From Acidimicrobiaceae bacterium (GTDB taxonomy: Bacteria > Actinomycetota > Acidimicrobiia > Acidimicrobiales > RAAP-2): a stretch of 64,000 bases of DNA. Shown one piece after another: positions 61,881 to 64,000 of the stretch (the stretch's first letter is position 1; each line of letters starts with the position of its first letter). The notes below the pieces were generated by a model. The model was not told where the DNA came from, did no database searches, and worked only from the letters and a program-made list of their open reading frames with translations. Made by a program: the position numbers and the translations under genes. The stretch lies in NCBI GenBank assembly GCA_003133405.1, contig PKXH01000093.1, positions 5,111-69,110 on the forward strand, read 5' to 3'.

Positions 61881-61965
61881 TAGCGAAGTGCCGCGAATTG
61901 GACGATTGGCATAGCGACACGATAGTCGTGGACCATGTCGCGCTCGTCCCAAGTACGATTTCTAG

Positions 61966-62763
61966 ATGGAGCCCACGTACTTAGACACGATCATCGAGAG
62001 CCATCGACGACGTGCCGCGCTGGACAGTCGTGATTGGCGCGCTCGGGCCGAGGAGATTGTGTACGAAGGTCCTCCGTTTGCCAACGCGCTTCGCCAGGGT
62101 TCTTCACCGTTCATCAAGGTCATCGCTGAAGTAAAACGTCGTTCGCCGTCAAAGGGGTGGCTCGGCACCAACCTGGATCCCGGCGCGCTCGCGCGAATCT
62201 ACCGCGACGGCGACGCTACGGCCGTGTCGGTGCTCACGGACAGTGAATTTTTCGCCGGTTCCCTCGACGACCTTCGTGCGGTGCGACGGGCCATCGGTCT
62301 ACCGCTTCTCCGGAAGGACTTCACAGTTTGTGAGAACGACGTGCTCGACGCGGCCGAGGAGGGCGCGGGCGCCGTGCTCTTGATTGTGGCCGCGTTGAGC
62401 GACACAGAGCTCACGGCATTCGTCGAACTCGCTCACCGCTGTGGCATTGACGCGCTCGTTGAGGTGCACACCGCCGAGGAGGCCACGCGCGCGCTCGAGG
62501 CTGGCGCGAGGATAATTGGCGTAAATCAACGAGACCTGCAAACTTTTGAGATCGATCCCGTTCGCACCGCATCCATTGTCGGCGAATTGCCATTGGAGTG
62601 CTTGATCATCTGTGAATCGGGGCTTAAGGACGTCGGCGACGTCGAGCGCGCGGCGCAGGCAGGCTTTGACGCGGTGCTGATTGGTGAAGCGTTGGTCATC
62701 GCACCAGACCCCGGGACGCTATTAAAGTCGTTCTCCCTCGTACCGAGTGTTCCGCGTGGATGA
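61966..62763 (+). CDS. trpC: Indole-3-glycerol phosphate synthase
   Basis: IAEVKRRSPSKG motif. Confidence 0.9.
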   Translation: MEPTYLDTIIESHRRRAALDSRDWRARAEEIVYEGPPFANALRQGSSPFIKVIAEVKRRSPSKGWLGTNLDPGALARIYRDGDATAVSVLTDSEFFAGSLDDLRAVRRAIGLPLLRKDFTVCENDVLDAAEEGAGAVLLIVAALSDTELTAFVELAHRCGIDALVEVHTAEEATRALEAGARIIGVNQRDLQTFEIDPVRTASIVGELPLECLIICESGLKDVGDVERAAQAGFDAVLIGEALVIAPDPGTLLKSFSLVPSVPRG

Positions 62764-63394
62764 AACGATTGAGCGCGGCTTCGTCAAAATTTGTGGCGTG
62801 ACGAACGTGCACGACGCGAAGGCCGTGGTTCACGCCGGCGCCAACGCCCTTGGCCTCATTTTCGCTGAGTCACCGCGACGTGTGACGCGCGAACAGGCCC
62901 GCGACATCCTCGAGGCCACCGACGGCGATATCTTTCGCAGCGCGGTTTTTCGCGAGAATGATGACGAGTCCATCCGAGCCCACCTTCACGATCTCGACGT
63001 CGAGATGGTCCAGATTCACGGTGCGCTCAGTGACGCGCTCCTCGAATCGATCCGTCAACGTCCGAGGTTGCTGGTTAAGGCGCTGTCCATTGACGATAGG
63101 GAGTTCAGCACCTTTGATGAGTCCAGGGTGGACGCGATTCTGATTGACGGGCCCCGTCCTGGCTCGGGCACCACACATTCCTGGGACTGTCTGAGAGAAC
63201 GGGTCTTTCAGGTGCCGGTCATCGTCGCCGGTGGCCTCAATCCCGACAACGTGGCAGACACGATTCTCGCCACGAGGGCGTGGGGCGTGGACTGCGCCAG
63301 CGGAGTTGAGTCCAGCGCGAGAAGTAAGGATCGCCGTCGGGTGAGTAGTTTCGTAACCAACGCCCGCCAGGCGTTTGCCTTACTCAAGGAGTGA
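62747..63394 (+). CDS. trpF: Phosphoribosylanthranilate isomerase
   Basis: VKICGVT N-terminal motif. Sits between trpC and trpB. Confidence 0.85.
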   Translation: MFRVDETIERGFVKICGVTNVHDAKAVVHAGANALGLIFAESPRRVTREQARDILEATDGDIFRSAVFRENDDESIRAHLHDLDVEMVQIHGALSDALLESIRQRPRLLVKALSIDDREFSTFDESRVDAILIDGPRPGSGTTHSWDCLRERVFQVPVIVAGGLNPDNVADTILATRAWGVDCASGVESSARSKDRRRVSSFVTNARQAFALLKE

Positions 63395-63398
63395 AGTA

Positions 63399-64000
63399 GT
63401 GAACAGCAACGTCATGGGACCGCCCGACGATCGCGGACGCTTCGGTGACTTTGGTGGGCGCTTCGTTCCAGAGGCCCTGATGCCGGCCTGTTTAGAACTC
63501 GAAGGCGCCTTTCTCGACGCCTGGAGTGATCCAGCCTTCGTCGAGGAGTACCGACTTGTTCTGCACCAGTTTGCCGGACGGCCGACTCCGATAACGCCGT
63601 TGCCCCGGCTTTCTGAACGACTCGGTCTCCAACTGTACGCCAAGCGAGAAGATCTGGCCCATACCGGTTCGCACAAGATCAACAACGTGATTGGTCAAAC
63701 ACTCCTCACAGTGCGCATGGGAAAGTCTCGGGTCATCGCCGAGACCGGCGCCGGCCAACACGGCGTCGCCACCGCCACCGCCGCGGCTCGCATGGGCCTT
63801 TCGTGCACGGTCTTCATGGGCGAAGTCGATACCGAGCGCCAAGAGCTCAACGTCTTTCGAATGGAGCTCTTGGGAGCGAAGGTCGTCTCGGTCACGTCGG
63901 GTTCAAGGACGTTGAAGGACGCGGTGAATGAAGCACTTCGCGAGTGGGTGACGTGTGTGAACGATACGCACTACTGCATCGGGTCAGTCATGGGACCGCA
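63399..64000 (+). CDS. trpB: Tryptophan synthase beta chain, N-terminal part (runs off the window)
   Basis: My own translation from GTG 63399 (alternative ATG at 63414): [15 protein letters not shown]...HTGSHKINN (PLP lysine)...[12 protein letters not shown]. No stop before 64000, which is why it is absent from the ORF track. Confidence 0.9.
   Translation, partial: MNSNVMGPPDDRGRFGDFGGRFVPEALMPACLELEGAFLDAWSDPAFVEEYRLVLHQFAGRPTPITPLPRLSERLGLQLYAKREDLAHTGSHKINNVIGQTLLTVRMGKSRVIAETGAGQHGVATATAAARMGLSCTVFMGEVDTERQELNVFRMELLGAKVVSVTSGSRTLKDAVNEALREWVTCVNDTHYCIGSVMGP

Overview
This 64-kb segment comes from a high-GC, actinobacterium-type chromosome. The evidence is an F420-type FDOR, a DinB/DUF664 protein, uvrC-rapZ-yvcK-gap-pgk-tpiA-secG synteny, and recN-pyrG-nudix-xerD...scpAB-rluB-aroH-tyrA-aroA-cmk-plsC...ispH...der...trpDCFB synteny. 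Two dense housekeeping blocks (1-8.0 kb and about 41.7-64 kb) flank a variable region of about 33 kb. That region starts exactly at the 3' end of a tRNA-Leu(GAG) gene (7932-8015). Its first 15 kb (8.0-23.25 kb) is a cassette-like array. It holds at least 16 same-orientation copies, plus about 6 degenerate ones, of a ~48-nt repeat with consensus GCCGCCAGTGnnnGGTTGCAGAyCTGTTGCGTCGGGTCTCCGACACCA. The right end of the repeat reproduces the 3' acceptor end of the adjacent tRNA-Leu. Half of the copies continue into a CCA tail that the tRNA gene itself does not encode. The repeats lie shortly after the stop codons of 1-3-gene units. These units encode GNAT acetyltransferases, SAM methyltransferases, a NUDIX hydrolase, a P-loop kinase and many small secreted or membrane proteins of unknown function. 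Compensatory substitutions between copies suggest the repeat folds into two stem-loops. No integrase, transposase, cas gene or canonical integron attC/intI signature is visible in the window. The only tyrosine recombinase is a housekeeping-context xerD 23 kb away. I read this as an integrase-less, tRNA-anchored gene-cassette array, integron-like or tandem-island-like, and it is the top candidate for an undescribed system. The rest of the variable region (23.25-41.7 kb) carries hydrolases, methyl- and acetyltransferases, and a duplicated NOX-like ferric-reductase / FMN-binding-protein module with one ApbE flavin transferase, a putative trans-membrane flavin electron conduit. All product calls come from motif recognition in the supplied translations; no database search was possible.
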